32,000 nucleotides of DNA, from contig NZ_JAGIOS010000002.1 in the NCBI RefSeq assembly GCF_017876815.1, forward strand, positions 420,001 through 452,000. Direction: 5' to 3'. The position numbers and the translations under genes are program-made. Position 1 is the first letter of the stretch. Every line of letters begins with the position of its first letter. The notes beneath the pieces were generated by a model. The model was not told the DNA's origin, did no database searches, and was given only the letters and a program-made list of their open reading frames with translations. Positions 1-9,642 of the stretch are shown here, one piece after another. Origin of the DNA: Sinorhizobium meliloti. Lineage in GTDB: Bacteria; Pseudomonadota; Alphaproteobacteria; Rhizobiales; Rhizobiaceae.

Positions 1-561
1 CATGAGCAGCTTCAAAAGCGCGTCGGAGTCGTTTTCGTTGAGGGATGCGGTCGGCTCGTCGAGGATCAGCAGGCGGACTTTCTTCGAAAGCGCCTTGGCA
101 ATCTCCACCAGCTGCTGCTTGCCGACGCCGATATCGGTGATCAGCGTCGCGGGGGACTCGTTCAGGCCCACTTTCTTCAGGAGCTCCTGGGTGCGGGCAA
201 AGGTCTGCGGCCAGTGGATCACGCCCTTTTCGGCCACCTCGTTGCCGAGAAAGATGTTCTCGGCGATCGAAAGCAGCGGAACGAGCGCCAGTTCCTGATG
301 GATGATGATGATGCCGAGCTCTTCGCTGTCCGAGATCGTGCTGAACTGGCGAAGCTCGCCGTCGTAATGGATCTCGCCCTCATAGGTGCCGGCCGGATAG
401 ACTCCGCTCAGCACCTTCATCAAGGTCGACTTGCCGGCGCCGTTTTCCCCGACAAGCGCGTGGATCTCGCCTTCGCGGACCTTGAACGAGACATTGTCCA
501 GGGCCTTGACGCCCGGAAACGTCTTCGTAATGCCCCGCATTTCAAGAATGATATTGTCCAT
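1..561 (-). CDS. gguA: Sugar ABC transporter ATP-binding protein, N-terminal part (gene continues past the window start)
   Basis: Minus-strand reading from the ATG at 561-559 gives [54 protein letters not shown], with Walker [10 protein letters not shown]. It lies directly downstream of chvE, as in the Agrobacterium chvE-gguAB operon. It is absent from the ORF track because it runs off the edge. Confidence 0.85.
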   Translation of the reverse strand, partial: MDNIILEMRGITKTFPGVKALDNVSFKVREGEIHALVGENGAGKSTLMKVLSGVYPAGTYEGEIHYDGELRQFSTISDSEELGIIIIHQELALVPLLSIAENIFLGNEVAEKGVIHWPQTFARTQELLKKVGLNESPATLITDIGVGKQQLVEIAKALSKKVRLLILDEPTASLNENDSDALLKLLM

Positions 562-712
562 ACTCAGCCATTCCAGCTGCAGTGGGAGAGACTGCAGGCG
601 CTCTCCCGTGCTGCGCGGTTGTTTCGACCGGCTCCGATACGAAATAAAACCACGCGGCGGGCCAAAGTGCTACAGCGACATTGCCACGAGACGCATGCCG
701 CCTGGATTAAGA

Positions 713-737
713 GGGTGCGCGAGCGTGTCGCGCACCC
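713..737 (-). terminator. Intercistronic 10-bp stem-loop between chvE and gguA (possible attenuator or mRNA-stabilising hairpin)
   Basis: GGGTGCGCGA (713-722), loop GCGTG, TCGCGCACCC (728-737), located just 3' of the chvE stop. There is no clean U-run on the minus strand. Confidence 0.35.
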
Positions 738-752
738 TCCCGGTTCGCCGCA

Positions 753-1820
753 TCAGTTGTTGAGCTGATCTTCCGTGTAGTAGCCGGAACCGACGAGAAC
801 GTCCTTGGCGTTGGACTTGTCGACGGAAACGGGCTTCAGGAGGTAGGACGGAACGACCTTGACGCCGTTTTCATAGGTCTTCGTGTCGTTGACCTCCGGC
901 TCCTTGCCATCCATGATCGCGTTGACCATGTTGACGGTGACCTTGGCCAGTTCACGGGTGTCCTTGAAGACCGTGGAATACTGTTCGCCGGCGAGGATCG
1001 ACTTGACCGACGGCAGTTCGGCGTCCTGACCGGTGACGATCGGCATCGGCATGTCGCCGGAGCCGTAACCGACGCCCTTCAGAGCCGAGATGATGCCGAT
1101 CGACAGACCGTCATAGGGCGACAGAACGCCATCGACCTTCGCATCGGTATACGCGGACGACAGAAGGTTTTCCATTCGGGCCTGAGCCACGGCGCCATCC
1201 CAGCGCAGCGTGCCGACCTGGTCCATGCCCATCTGGCCGGACTTGACGACGATCTTGCCGCTGTCGATCAGAGGTTGCAGGACGGACATCGCGCCGTCGT
1301 AGAAAAAGAAGGCGTTGTTGTCGTCCGGCGAGCCGCCGAAAAGTTCGACGTTCTTCGGCTCGGTGGCACTGTCGAGCTTCAGACCCTCGACGAGCGATGT
1401 CGCCTGCAGCACGCCGACCTGGAAGTTGTCGAAGGTGGCGTAGTAGTCGACATTGCCGGAATCGCGGATCAGGCGGTCGTAGGCGATGACCTTGACGCCG
1501 GCATCGGCAGCCTTCTGCAGGATGTCGGAGAGCGTCGTGCCGTCGATGGCGCCGATGACGAGGACCTTCGCGCCCTTGGTCACCATGTTCTCGATCTGCG
1601 CCAACTGGTTCGGAATGTCATCGTCGGCGAACTGCAGGTCCGGCGCATAGCCGGCCTCCTTGAACAGCTTCTCCATGGTCTCGCCGTCGGAAATCCAGCG
1701 CGTCGACGTCTTGGTGGGCATGGAGATGCCGACCATGCCCTTTTCCTGGGCGACTGCCGGCGCAGCGAAGCCGGCGACCGTGATCGCCGCAGCCGCGAGA
1801 AGCGAAGTAAAGAATTTCAT
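753..1820 (-). CDS. chvE: Periplasmic multiple-sugar-binding protein ChvE
   Basis: 355-aa ORF with a signal peptide ([25 protein letters not shown]). It contains long stretches I recognise from Agrobacterium ChvE ([65 protein letters not shown]). Confidence 0.95.
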   Translation of the reverse strand: MKFFTSLLAAAAITVAGFAAPAVAQEKGMVGISMPTKTSTRWISDGETMEKLFKEAGYAPDLQFADDDIPNQLAQIENMVTKGAKVLVIGAIDGTTLSDILQKAADAGVKVIAYDRLIRDSGNVDYYATFDNFQVGVLQATSLVEGLKLDSATEPKNVELFGGSPDDNNAFFFYDGAMSVLQPLIDSGKIVVKSGQMGMDQVGTLRWDGAVAQARMENLLSSAYTDAKVDGVLSPYDGLSIGIISALKGVGYGSGDMPMPIVTGQDAELPSVKSILAGEQYSTVFKDTRELAKVTVNMVNAIMDGKEPEVNDTKTYENGVKVVPSYLLKPVSVDKSNAKDVLVGSGYYTEDQLNN

Positions 1821-2035
1821 CAGATCTCTCCCTGAGTGTTGAACCGGCAGGCGCGGGGCCTCCGTCTATGCGCAGCGATCACCGTCGCGGAGCGTGACCC
1901 CCCGGCGGTGGTTCAAGATAAAGGAAGCCCTCCCCGTCTTATCATACTCCCGCATGCGCTGGCGCATATGCTGGGAAACTGGAATCAATTGCCATAACTG
2001 TCAAATACAATATCGCTTTGCATGCATATCAAAAT

Positions 2036-2051
2036 TGATATACCACTCTAA
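2036..2051. promoter_or_regulatory. Inverted repeat ATATCAA-aa-TTGATAT in the chvE/gbpR divergent region (candidate LysR-type box)
   Basis: 7-2-7 perfect inverted repeat just upstream of the gbpR start. LysR regulators typically bind dyads in their own divergent promoter regions. Confidence 0.3.
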
Positions 2052-2064
2052 AAGAGTGTGATTT

Positions 2065-3075
2065 TTGAAACTCTTGAAAACGGAACCGAATGCGATGCTC
2101 GATGGCAGGCAGAATGCAGCCGGGCTCACAGGAGAACTGCTGGAAACGGGGCTTTTCCGCTCCGGATTGAAGATCAACCACTTGCGGCTCATCCTGGCGA
2201 TCGACGACCATCGGCGCATCAGCGCCGCGGCCGATTCGCTCGGGATTTCGCAGCCGGCGGCATCGCGCATGCTCGCGGAGATCGAAGCGATCGTGAAGGC
2301 GCCGATCTGCGAGCGGGTGGCGCGCGGCGTCGAACTGACCCGCTACGGCGAGGCCCTGGCGCGCCGGGCCCGCACCATCTTTCTCGAGTTGCGCGAGGCT
2401 GCGCGCGAGATCAACGAGCTGAAGACCGGCAGCGGCGGATCGGTCTCGCTCGGATCGGTCACCGGCCCGGGACTCAATCTCGCAGTGCCGGCGATCCGCC
2501 AGGTGTCGACGGCCTATCCCGGGATCGAGATCAACGTGCAGATCGACAACAGCAACGTGCTGACGCGGGAGCTTCTGGCGGCGCGGCACGATTTCATCGT
2601 CGGGCGGATCCCCGACGACCTCAATCCGCGGCTGTTCAACCTGGTCGAAATCGGTTTCGAGGAGGTCTGCCTCATCGTCCGGGAGGGCCACCCGCTGTTG
2701 GACAAGGCGTCAGCCAGCGCCCACGACCTCCCGGCCTACGACTGGGTGTTCCAGCCGCCCGGTACACTGCTTCGACGCGCGGTCGAAGACAGTTTCGCTT
2801 CCGCCGGCGTCCGGCTTCCGGCAACGGTCATCAATACTTCATCGACCATCCTGACGCTGTCGATCGTGCGGAACACCAATGCGATCGCTCCGGTTGCGCT
2901 CGACGTCGCCAGGCTGGTGGCGGGCAACGGCACGGAAGCCGGCGAGATCCGGATTTTGCCGACCGAATTTCCGATCCGCATCAAACCCTATGGGCTGATC
3001 ACGGCGGAAGGCCGGGCTCTCCCCCCGAGCGCAAAGCTGCTTTACGATCTGATCCTGAAGCAGAGCAGGGCGTGA
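2065..3075 (+). CDS. gbpR: LysR-family transcriptional regulator divergent from chvE (GbpR-like)
   Basis: 336-aa ORF with an N-terminal HTH (LRLILAIDDHRRISAAADSLGISQPAASRMLAEIE) and a LysR substrate-binding domain. Its position divergent from chvE matches gbpR. The start is uncertain: TTG at 2065 or ATG at 2095. Confidence 0.85.
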   Translation: MKLLKTEPNAMLDGRQNAAGLTGELLETGLFRSGLKINHLRLILAIDDHRRISAAADSLGISQPAASRMLAEIEAIVKAPICERVARGVELTRYGEALARRARTIFLELREAAREINELKTGSGGSVSLGSVTGPGLNLAVPAIRQVSTAYPGIEINVQIDNSNVLTRELLAARHDFIVGRIPDDLNPRLFNLVEIGFEEVCLIVREGHPLLDKASASAHDLPAYDWVFQPPGTLLRRAVEDSFASAGVRLPATVINTSSTILTLSIVRNTNAIAPVALDVARLVAGNGTEAGEIRILPTEFPIRIKPYGLITAEGRALPPSAKLLYDLILKQSRA

Positions 3076-3091
3076 TCAGGTCCGCATAATC

Positions 3092-3592
3092 TTGATATCG
3101 CAAGATCCTGCCAACCAAGTGCCTGCCCGGAGAGACTTGATGTTCGGCATGTCGGTATTCCACTCGGTGCTCGAGCGGCTCAAGGCCGAGCAGGCCGAAG
3201 AGCTAACGAACGAGGCAAGGGGCGGATGGCGGGGCACCGTCATCGGCGCGGCGCCGGGCTTCATTGCCGAAAGCTCGGCCCACGCGTGGGCATCCCGGGG
3301 CGCCGTGGAACAGGCCTATCGCGCACTGGCGGCGGATGAGCGATCCGAACCTTTCTCCATGCCCGACTATCTCAAGCGCACCAGCCTTGCGGAAGTCGCT
3401 TCCGAGCTCGCGCTCGGAGAAGCGGAAACCGCGCTGACGCTCGCGGCCAAGCGAAGGCGTTTCGCCGCCGCGAATCATCCCGACAGGCTGCCAGTGGAAG
3501 CGCGGCTCAATGCGACCTTGCGCATGAAGCTCGCCAACATGCTCATCGACGAGGCTTTGAGGCGAATCGAAAAGCCGACGGTGACTGGATAA
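3092..3592 (+). CDS. Conserved hypothetical protein with a J-domain-like HPD motif
   Basis: C-terminal region LAAKRRRFAAANHPDRLPVEARLNATLRMKLANMLIDEA resembles a DnaJ J-domain with the HPD tripeptide. The start may instead be ATG at 3140 (MFGMSVF). Confidence 0.55.
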   Translation: MISQDPANQVPARRDLMFGMSVFHSVLERLKAEQAEELTNEARGGWRGTVIGAAPGFIAESSAHAWASRGAVEQAYRALAADERSEPFSMPDYLKRTSLAEVASELALGEAETALTLAAKRRRFAAANHPDRLPVEARLNATLRMKLANMLIDEALRRIEKPTVTG

Positions 3593-3595
3593 GCG

Positions 3596-3838
3596 TCAGT
3601 TCGTGCCGTCGGTCGTGTCGCCGGTGGTTTCGCCTTTGCTCTGGCTCTCCTCCTTCGGCCGGTAAAAGACGAGGAGGGACGCGCCCGCATAGGCGGTCAC
3701 GACCAGAAAGATCGTCCCCCACATCACCTGCCCCCCGTAGAACTCCACCGCCGTCCATACAGCGCAGAACAGGATGATCAGCAGCCGGATCCACAAGGGA
3801 CGATAGAAGGGATGATCCGGATCGATGAATTTGATCAT
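3596..3838 (-). CDS. Small two-TM membrane protein
   Basis: MIKFIDPDHPFYRPLWIRLLIILFCAVWTAVEFYGGQVMWGTIFLVVTAYAGASLLVFY..., with GAGGA upstream of the ATG at 3838. The longer track ORF (to 4006) has an implausible N-terminal extension. Confidence 0.6.
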   Translation of the reverse strand: MIKFIDPDHPFYRPLWIRLLIILFCAVWTAVEFYGGQVMWGTIFLVVTAYAGASLLVFYRPKEESQSKGETTGDTTDGTN

Positions 3839-4507
3839 TCTGGTTCCTCTGGGGAGACTTATGGCAAGTTCATCTACTGCATATTTCTGCAAATAGGTAG
3901 CAGGTACATCTTTTCGGTTCGATGCGTTCGGCCACTTTTGGAAAGTGCGCCGAGCGCATATGTTTTTGTATGTAGTCGGGTGCTGAAATGTCTTCTTCTG
4001 CGACAAGAGATTTGCGAGACGTAGTGGGGCCCTTCGCGGGGCCGCGCCTGACTCTGTTGTGTCGCTCTGTCACCAGGCGTTCGAGCTGTACGGCCCTTTG
4101 TGTCTCTGGTCGACAAAGGAGATGAAGTCCCCTTCCCTGTTGGATGTCATTGATGCAGCCTCGCATCTTAAACGGGAGGGAAACATGGCCTCGCGAAGGT
4201 TCGCCGAACGGCTGGAAGTCCTGCCGTTCCTCGATGACAAGAAGCCCTGATCGCCTCTGAGTTGCTAGATCACAATCATAAAAAGGTTGGGCCGAACATT
4301 GGTTTCCGGACGCATGGGTAGTTGCTACCCAGCTCCAGGCGGTTGACACTTGACGGCGCCAAGGAGATTGGAATAAATATTCCGTGTATTCACCAATTGG
4401 CCGTTTCATTCCAGTTCCTCCGCGGATGCCCCGCGACGCCTTCGCGCGATGAGCGTCAATCATCGTGTGCCAACCCGGTCGCAAACCGGAATTCAAGGAC
4501 GACAGTG

Positions 4508-5500
4508 ATGACAGTGAGATTTGGTCTTCTGGGCGCCGGGCGTATCGGCAAGGTTCATGCGAAAGCCGTCAGCGGCAATGCCGATGCCCGCCTTGTCGCG
4601 GTGGCGGATGCCTTTCCGGCCGCCGCGGAAGCGATCGCCGGCGCCTATGGATGCGAAGTCCGGACGATCGATGCGATCGAAGCTGCCGCCGACATCGACG
4701 CCGTGGTGATCTGCACGCCGACGGATACTCATGCCGATCTGATCGAGCGCTTCGCCCGTGCCGGCAAGGCAATCTTCTGCGAGAAGCCGATCGATCTCGA
4801 CGCCGAGCGCGTCAGGGCCTGCCTGAAGGTCGTGTCCGACACCAAGGCCAAGCTGATGGTTGGCTTCAACCGCCGCTTCGACCCGCATTTCATGGCCGTG
4901 CGCAAGGCGATCGACGACGGGCGCATCGGCGAGGTCGAGATGGTGACGATCACCTCGCGCGATCCCGGTGCGCCGCCAGTCGACTACATCAAGCGTTCGG
5001 GCGGGATCTTCCGGGACATGACGATCCATGATTTCGACATGGCGCGTTTCCTCCTCGGCGAGGAGCCCGTTTCGGTCGCCGCGACTGCGGCCGTGCTCAT
5101 CGACAAGGCGATCGGCGACGCCGGCGACTATGACAGCGTCTCAGTCATCCTGCAGACGGCATCCGGCAAGCAGGCGATCATCTCGAACTCGCGCCGCGCC
5201 ACCTATGGTTACGACCAGCGTATCGAGGTTCACGGCTCCAAGGGCGCCGTCGCCGCTGAAAACCAGCGCCCCGTTTCGATCGAGATCGCGACCGGCGATG
5301 GCTACACGCGCCCGCCGCTGCACGATTTCTTCATGACGCGCTATACGGAAGCCTACGCCAACGAGATCGAAAGCTTCATAGCCGCAATAGAAAAAGGCGC
5401 CGAGATCGCGCCGTCGGGCAACGACGGCCTTGCCGCGCTGGCGCTCGCCGATGCGGCGGTCCGCTCGGTTGCGGAAAAGCGCCAGATCAGCATCGCCTGA
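4508..5500 (+). CDS. idhA: myo-Inositol 2-dehydrogenase (Gfo/Idh/MocA family)
   Basis: MTVRFGLLGAGRIGKVHAKAV... has a Rossmann GxGxxG motif, plus EKP and GFNRRFDP motifs. It closely resembles the S. meliloti IdhA sequence as I remember it. The start was trimmed from the track ORF to ATG 4508. Confidence 0.93.
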   Translation: MTVRFGLLGAGRIGKVHAKAVSGNADARLVAVADAFPAAAEAIAGAYGCEVRTIDAIEAAADIDAVVICTPTDTHADLIERFARAGKAIFCEKPIDLDAERVRACLKVVSDTKAKLMVGFNRRFDPHFMAVRKAIDDGRIGEVEMVTITSRDPGAPPVDYIKRSGGIFRDMTIHDFDMARFLLGEEPVSVAATAAVLIDKAIGDAGDYDSVSVILQTASGKQAIISNSRRATYGYDQRIEVHGSKGAVAAENQRPVSIEIATGDGYTRPPLHDFFMTRYTEAYANEIESFIAAIEKGAEIAPSGNDGLAALALADAAVRSVAEKRQISIA

Positions 5501-5523
5501 CGGCCTGCCGCCTTATCGTGGAG

Positions 5524-5550
5524 AAAGGCCGGGCGCTGGCCGGCCTTTTT
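5524..5550. terminator. Bidirectional rho-independent terminator between convergent idhA and the GGDEF-EAL gene
   Basis: AAA-GGCCGG (5527-5532), loop GCGCTGG, CCGGCC (5540-5545), then TTTTT. Confidence 0.6.
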
Positions 5551-5563
5551 GTCTTATAACGAG

Positions 5564-7927
5564 TTAAGCCCCTACCCGATGCGGCATCGTGGAGGATGAT
5601 GAGGCCGCGTCCACGCTCGGCGCCAGCCCGGGCCGGCCGGTCAGAAACCCCTGGATCTGCCGGCAACCCTCGTCGACGATGATCTGTCTCTGCCGCTCGG
5701 TCTCGACGCCTTCGGTGACGACGGGAAGGTTGAGACTGTGGCCGAGAGCGATGATCGCGCGAATTATGGCATGGGCTGCCGGATCCTTGTCGAGCGAGGC
5801 GGTGAAGCTGCAGTCGATCTTGAGCTTGTCGAATGGAAACGTCTGGAGATTGCTGAGCGAGGAGTGGCCGGTGCCGAAGTCGTCCATCACGATCCGGACG
5901 CCAAGGAGACGCAGCCGGACAAGAGTTGCGAGGACGTCGTCGCGGTTATGCATCAGCGCGGCTTCGGTGATCTCCAGTTCGAGCCGCCTCGCTCCCAGCC
6001 CGGTCCGCATCAGGATGGATTCGATCCGGTCGAAAAGGTTCGGGAGGAGGAATTGTACCGGTGAGACGTTGACCGAGACCGGCAGCGGCTCGTGCCAACG
6101 CACCGCCTCACTGCAGGCCTCTTCCAGCACCCATTCACCGATCTGAATGATCGAGCCGCTCTCCTCGGCGATCGGAATGAACAAATTTGGCCCGACAAGA
6201 CCGCGATCTGGACGGCGCCAGCGCAACAGCGCCTCGTAGCCGACGATCCTGTCGTCCCGCACGTCGACCAGCGGCTGATATTCGAGGAAGAGCTGCCGCC
6301 TGACGACCGCGTGCCTCAGATCGTTTTCGATCTGCCGGCGCGTGCGCACGGCTGCGTCCATCTCGGCGTCGAAGAAACACGCGATGCCCTTGCCGGTCTG
6401 CTTCGCCCGATAGAGTGCCGTATCGGCATTGCCGTAGAGCCGCTCGGCGGTGGTGCCGTCGCCCGGACAGATCGCTACGCCGATGCTGACGCCGACCGCC
6501 ATCGGATCGCGCCGCGTATCCATCTCTTCCGAAAAGAGCTTGAGGATACGGTCCGCGAGTAGTCGTGCGGCTTCCGGCTGCGCCGCCCCGGTCTGGACGA
6601 TGGCGAACTCGTCGCCGCCCAGCCGCGCGATCGTGTCGGCCTCTCCTGCCGCCGCCCGGAGGATATCGGCCACCTTCCTGAGAATACGGTCGCCTTCCCC
6701 ATGGCCGAAAATGTCGTTCACGGCCTTGAAGCGATCGAGGTCGAGACACAGAACCGCCAGCGCGTCATCGTGGTGAACGGCGGCGGCCAAGGCCTGCCTC
6801 AGGCGGCGGTCGAAGGAGCTTCGATTGGAAAGATCCGTCAGCGCATCGTGGTGAGCGAGGTTTTCGATCGTCCGTTCGGCATCCTTGCGCGCCGTCAGAT
6901 CCCGCACGAAGATCACGTCGCATTGCCGGCCCTTGTATTCGATCGTTCGGCAGAGCCTTTCGACGGGCACGTACCCGCCGTCCGCGTGAAGGAGCTCTCC
7001 CTCGCTTGCCCCCTCTCCGGCCCCGAGGTCGTTCGAGCTCCGTCTTTCGGGCGCCTCGGCGAACAGCTCCCGCCGTTGCCTGCCGACGAGCTCGGCGGGC
7101 TTTCGGCCACTGAGAGTGGCGAAGCGTTCGTTCACTTCGATGACTTCGCCGCCGCGAAGGATCACCATGCCCTCCAGCGAGGCATTGGCGAGCCCCTTGA
7201 GGTCCGTCAGGTGCCTGTCGACGAAGAGAGCGCCGAAGGCCATGAGAATGAGCGTGGTCGATGCGGCGATGACGCCGCCCGCCAGCCAGAACGGATCGAA
7301 GACGTGCGTTGCCGCGACGCTCAGGTCGGGGATCAGGACGACGCCGCTCATCGACGTGAAGTGCAGGACGCATATCGCGGCCACCAGGAGCAGGATGGAT
7401 GCGGCGAGGCCGCGCACGCCGCGCAGCACCTGAAACGAATGCAGGGCGAGCCCGGCGATCAAGGTGCCGAGAAGAACGGCGGCGAAACTCGTTTCCGGAT
7501 CGAATGCGACCCGTCCCTGGACCTCGATGGCGTGCATGCCGCTCACGTGCATGGCGGCAATTCCGAGCCCGAGCAGCAAACCGCCAACGGCCGGAGCATG
7601 GCGCGAGGTTCCAGCCAGGCCGACCAAAAAGGCAACCCAGGACGCCGCGATCGCGGACCGCGATGGAAAAGCTCGTGGCGCCGACACCGTAGGCGATGGG
7701 GATTCCCCCGTCATAGGCGAGCATCGCGATGAAATGCGTCGACCATACGCCGACGCCGCAGGCAAAGCGCAGACCGCAATCCAGAGGTGCCGCTGACTGC
7801 CTGCGCTGCGCCGGGCGCGCTCGAGAAGCAGCATCGTCGCGACGCTGCCGGCAAGGCAGACGACCGCCGCCACCACGATCAGGCGCCAGTCATGATCATC
7901 GCGTATGCATGCAATCGCTGAAAACAT
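5564..7927 (-). CDS. MHYT-PAS-GGDEF-EAL membrane signalling protein (c-di-GMP turnover)
   Basis: 787-aa ORF with MHYT-type TM repeats (AAMHVSGMHA, CVLHFTSMSG). It has an intact GGDEF motif (ARLGGDEFAIV) and an EAL domain (YEALLRW, DDFGTGHSSL, KIDCSF). The first MHYT repeat is out of frame (see findings). Confidence 0.88.
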   Translation of the reverse strand: MFSAIACIRDDHDWRLIVVAAVVCLAGSVATMLLLERARRSAGSQRHLWIAVCALPAASAYGRRISSRCSPMTGESPSPTVSAPRAFPSRSAIAASWVAFLVGLAGTSRHAPAVGGLLLGLGIAAMHVSGMHAIEVQGRVAFDPETSFAAVLLGTLIAGLALHSFQVLRGVRGLAASILLLVAAICVLHFTSMSGVVLIPDLSVAATHVFDPFWLAGGVIAASTTLILMAFGALFVDRHLTDLKGLANASLEGMVILRGGEVIEVNERFATLSGRKPAELVGRQRRELFAEAPERRSSNDLGAGEGASEGELLHADGGYVPVERLCRTIEYKGRQCDVIFVRDLTARKDAERTIENLAHHDALTDLSNRSSFDRRLRQALAAAVHHDDALAVLCLDLDRFKAVNDIFGHGEGDRILRKVADILRAAAGEADTIARLGGDEFAIVQTGAAQPEAARLLADRILKLFSEEMDTRRDPMAVGVSIGVAICPGDGTTAERLYGNADTALYRAKQTGKGIACFFDAEMDAAVRTRRQIENDLRHAVVRRQLFLEYQPLVDVRDDRIVGYEALLRWRRPDRGLVGPNLFIPIAEESGSIIQIGEWVLEEACSEAVRWHEPLPVSVNVSPVQFLLPNLFDRIESILMRTGLGARRLELEITEAALMHNRDDVLATLVRLRLLGVRIVMDDFGTGHSSLSNLQTFPFDKLKIDCSFTASLDKDPAAHAIIRAIIALGHSLNLPVVTEGVETERQRQIIVDEGCRQIQGFLTGRPGLAPSVDAASSSSTMPHRVGA

Positions 7928-8046
7928 CGCCGTCCCCCACGCCGAAGACAGCTTGGCAACGAGACTCTAAATAACCGTAAATTGAAGACTGCGCAGCACT
8001 CGCGTCAGCCGGAACTCTGCGACAGCGGCCCGGCAGACCGGCTGCC

Positions 8047-9258
8047 TCACGGATGTCCCGCTGCTGCAATGTCGCCGTCGATCGCACCGAGGGCCCGATC
8101 GAGATGACCGTCGAAAACAAGCCGCTGCTCGTCCGGGACCACCCTTATCTGCGGCATGCCCTGCAGGCGGACCTGCAGCGAATGCGCGAGGCCCTCCTCC
8201 AATCCCTTCTCCAGAAGATCGAAATAGCGCGTGCCCGGCCCCGTCACGAAGATCGGCATCGGCTCGTAGAGACTGAGCATCCGCGAAATGCCGTTTCCGA
8301 GCGCCAAGCCGGCCTGGCGGAAGGCATAGCCGCCCATCCGATTCCCCTGGCGCGCGCTCGCGGCGATCTTGTCCATCTCCGAAAGCGGCACGAACTTCGC
8401 CGGTATCGTGTCGGAGGGCACCTCGAAGGCCGTGCGCAGGATCCCGTAGAAGCCCGCTGCCGCCTCGATGCAGCCATAGCTGCCGCAGCGGCAAAGCCCC
8501 GCGGACGCCTGATGCAGCATATGACCGAAATCCGGCGCCGAGACATCGAGCTCGCCGGACTTGCCTCTTCTGGCGAGCCCAAGCCCGATGCTGTGACCGA
8601 GCGAGACGGCGGCAAGCGCATGGAAACCGCTCTCTCTTTCCTCTTCCCTTACCGCGAGGGCGTGCGCCACCAGCAGCGACTCGTTGCTCAGCATGATCCT
8701 CGCGCGCCAGGCGGGCCGGAGCAGTTCCACGAAGTCGAGTTGCTCGCTGCCGAAAACCGGCGACCAGATGAGCCGCGCGCCACCGCCGGCCACGAGCCCC
8801 TTGCTGCTGATCGAAATGGCAAGCACCTCGTCCTTCGAGATATTCGAGCGGACGAGCAGGCGTTCGAGCGCTGCTGCCAGAACCTCCCCGAAAGCGGCAG
8901 TGCCGCGAAGATCATGGCTGCGCGCATCCTCGAAACGGTCGAGCAGGATGCCGCCATAGTCCGCAAGCGAGTATTGCACGACGTCGGAGGAAATGCGCAC
9001 GACGATCACGTAGCCGCAGCCGCGTCTCGGCTCGAAAAGAACCCGCGGGCGGCCGCGGCCGCCCTGGACGTGCTGCTCGGTCTTGGCGATGATCCCGGAG
9101 CGCTCCAGCTCAGCGGTGATGACGGAGATCGTCGCCGAGGCAAGACCCGTCTGAGCCGCAATCTCCGTATGGGAGAGCGAGCCTTTACGGCGGAGCGCAG
9201 AGAGAACGAGGGCGCTGTTCTGCTGACGCACAAGCTCGGTGCTGGATTTGGTCAGCAT
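8047..9258 (-). CDS. ROK-family transcriptional regulator (XylR-like), divergent from xylF
   Basis: N-terminal wHTH (LSALRRKGSLSHTEIAAQTGLASATISVITAELE) followed by a ROK sugar-kinase-like domain with a Cys motif (GLCRCGSYGCIEA). Confidence 0.85.
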   Translation of the reverse strand: MLTKSSTELVRQQNSALVLSALRRKGSLSHTEIAAQTGLASATISVITAELERSGIIAKTEQHVQGGRGRPRVLFEPRRGCGYVIVVRISSDVVQYSLADYGGILLDRFEDARSHDLRGTAAFGEVLAAALERLLVRSNISKDEVLAISISSKGLVAGGGARLIWSPVFGSEQLDFVELLRPAWRARIMLSNESLLVAHALAVREEERESGFHALAAVSLGHSIGLGLARRGKSGELDVSAPDFGHMLHQASAGLCRCGSYGCIEAAAGFYGILRTAFEVPSDTIPAKFVPLSEMDKIAASARQGNRMGGYAFRQAGLALGNGISRMLSLYEPMPIFVTGPGTRYFDLLEKGLEEGLAHSLQVRLQGMPQIRVVPDEQRLVFDGHLDRALGAIDGDIAAAGHP

Positions 9259-9498
9259 CGGTTCGCCTTGCAGCGCCGCGCGCCCGAGGAGGCGCTCAAA
9301 GCGCGCTGCAGCTCTTCAAGGTGCCGCATGTTCAATCCCTGAACCGGTGCGATCAAGTGAAACATGCATTAGCGTTAGCGGGTCCCTCGAAGACATGCCC
9401 CTCCCAAAGCATCTGACGGCCGAGAAGACAAGGCGCATTCATGTTTCCGTAGCGATTTCAACGCGCTGCGGCAATGATTCACACGCTTCGGCGCCCTT

Positions 9499-9548
9499 GT
9501 TGACAGCTTGCGGAAACTCTGACATTTATTTTCTCGACTGTCGAGAAA
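9499..9548 (+). promoter_or_regulatory. Candidate xylF promoter (TTGACA-N17-CATTTA) with an overlapping 9-3-9 palindromic operator
   Basis: TTGACA at 9499-9504 and CATTTA at 9522-9527. A perfect inverted repeat TTTTCTCGA-ctg-TCGAGAAAA lies at 9528-9548, about 95 nt upstream of xylF. Confidence 0.4.
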
Positions 9549-9642
9549 AAACGCGGCGACGCGATAGCGGCAGCATCTGGAGGCTCGTCGGGGATGCGTG
9601 CGGGAGGTTCGTGCGCGCGGCCGGGCCATTTGGGAGGATAGG

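Noticed and set aside
214-768. Long plus-strand ORFs (2-298, 214-768, 431-763) overlapping the gguA region
   Set aside because: They are antisense shadow ORFs of a GC-rich gene. The minus strand encodes a clear ABC ATPase with a Walker A motif.
786-812. GGAAC-N18-CGTT on the plus strand inside chvE
   Set aside because: The spacing is wrong, it is antisense within a coding region, and no downstream transcript or gene follows.
2870-2895. GGAAC-N17-GGTT inside gbpR
   Set aside because: It is a relaxed -10 match within a coding sequence. It is kept as a caution that the same relaxed pattern upstream of ku (30946-30971) can arise by chance.
4207-4230. Minus-strand GGAAC-N15-CGTT in the long idhA upstream region
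   Set aside because: The spacer is one nt too short, and it lies ~370 nt from the nearest minus-strand start (3838).
4059-4250. Small ORFs in the 670-bp region upstream of idhA
   Set aside because: Codon usage is poor, and RBS spacing is unsuitable (AAGGAG abuts the ATG at 4121). Only a 21-codon ORF has a plausible RBS, and there is no conservation evidence.
6765-7724. 319-aa minus-strand ORF inside the GGDEF-EAL gene
   Set aside because: It is not an independent gene. Only its first ~30 codons (MLAYDGGIPIAYGVGATSFSIAV) are meaningful, because they are the displaced MHYT repeat described in the findings. The rest is Arg-rich noise.
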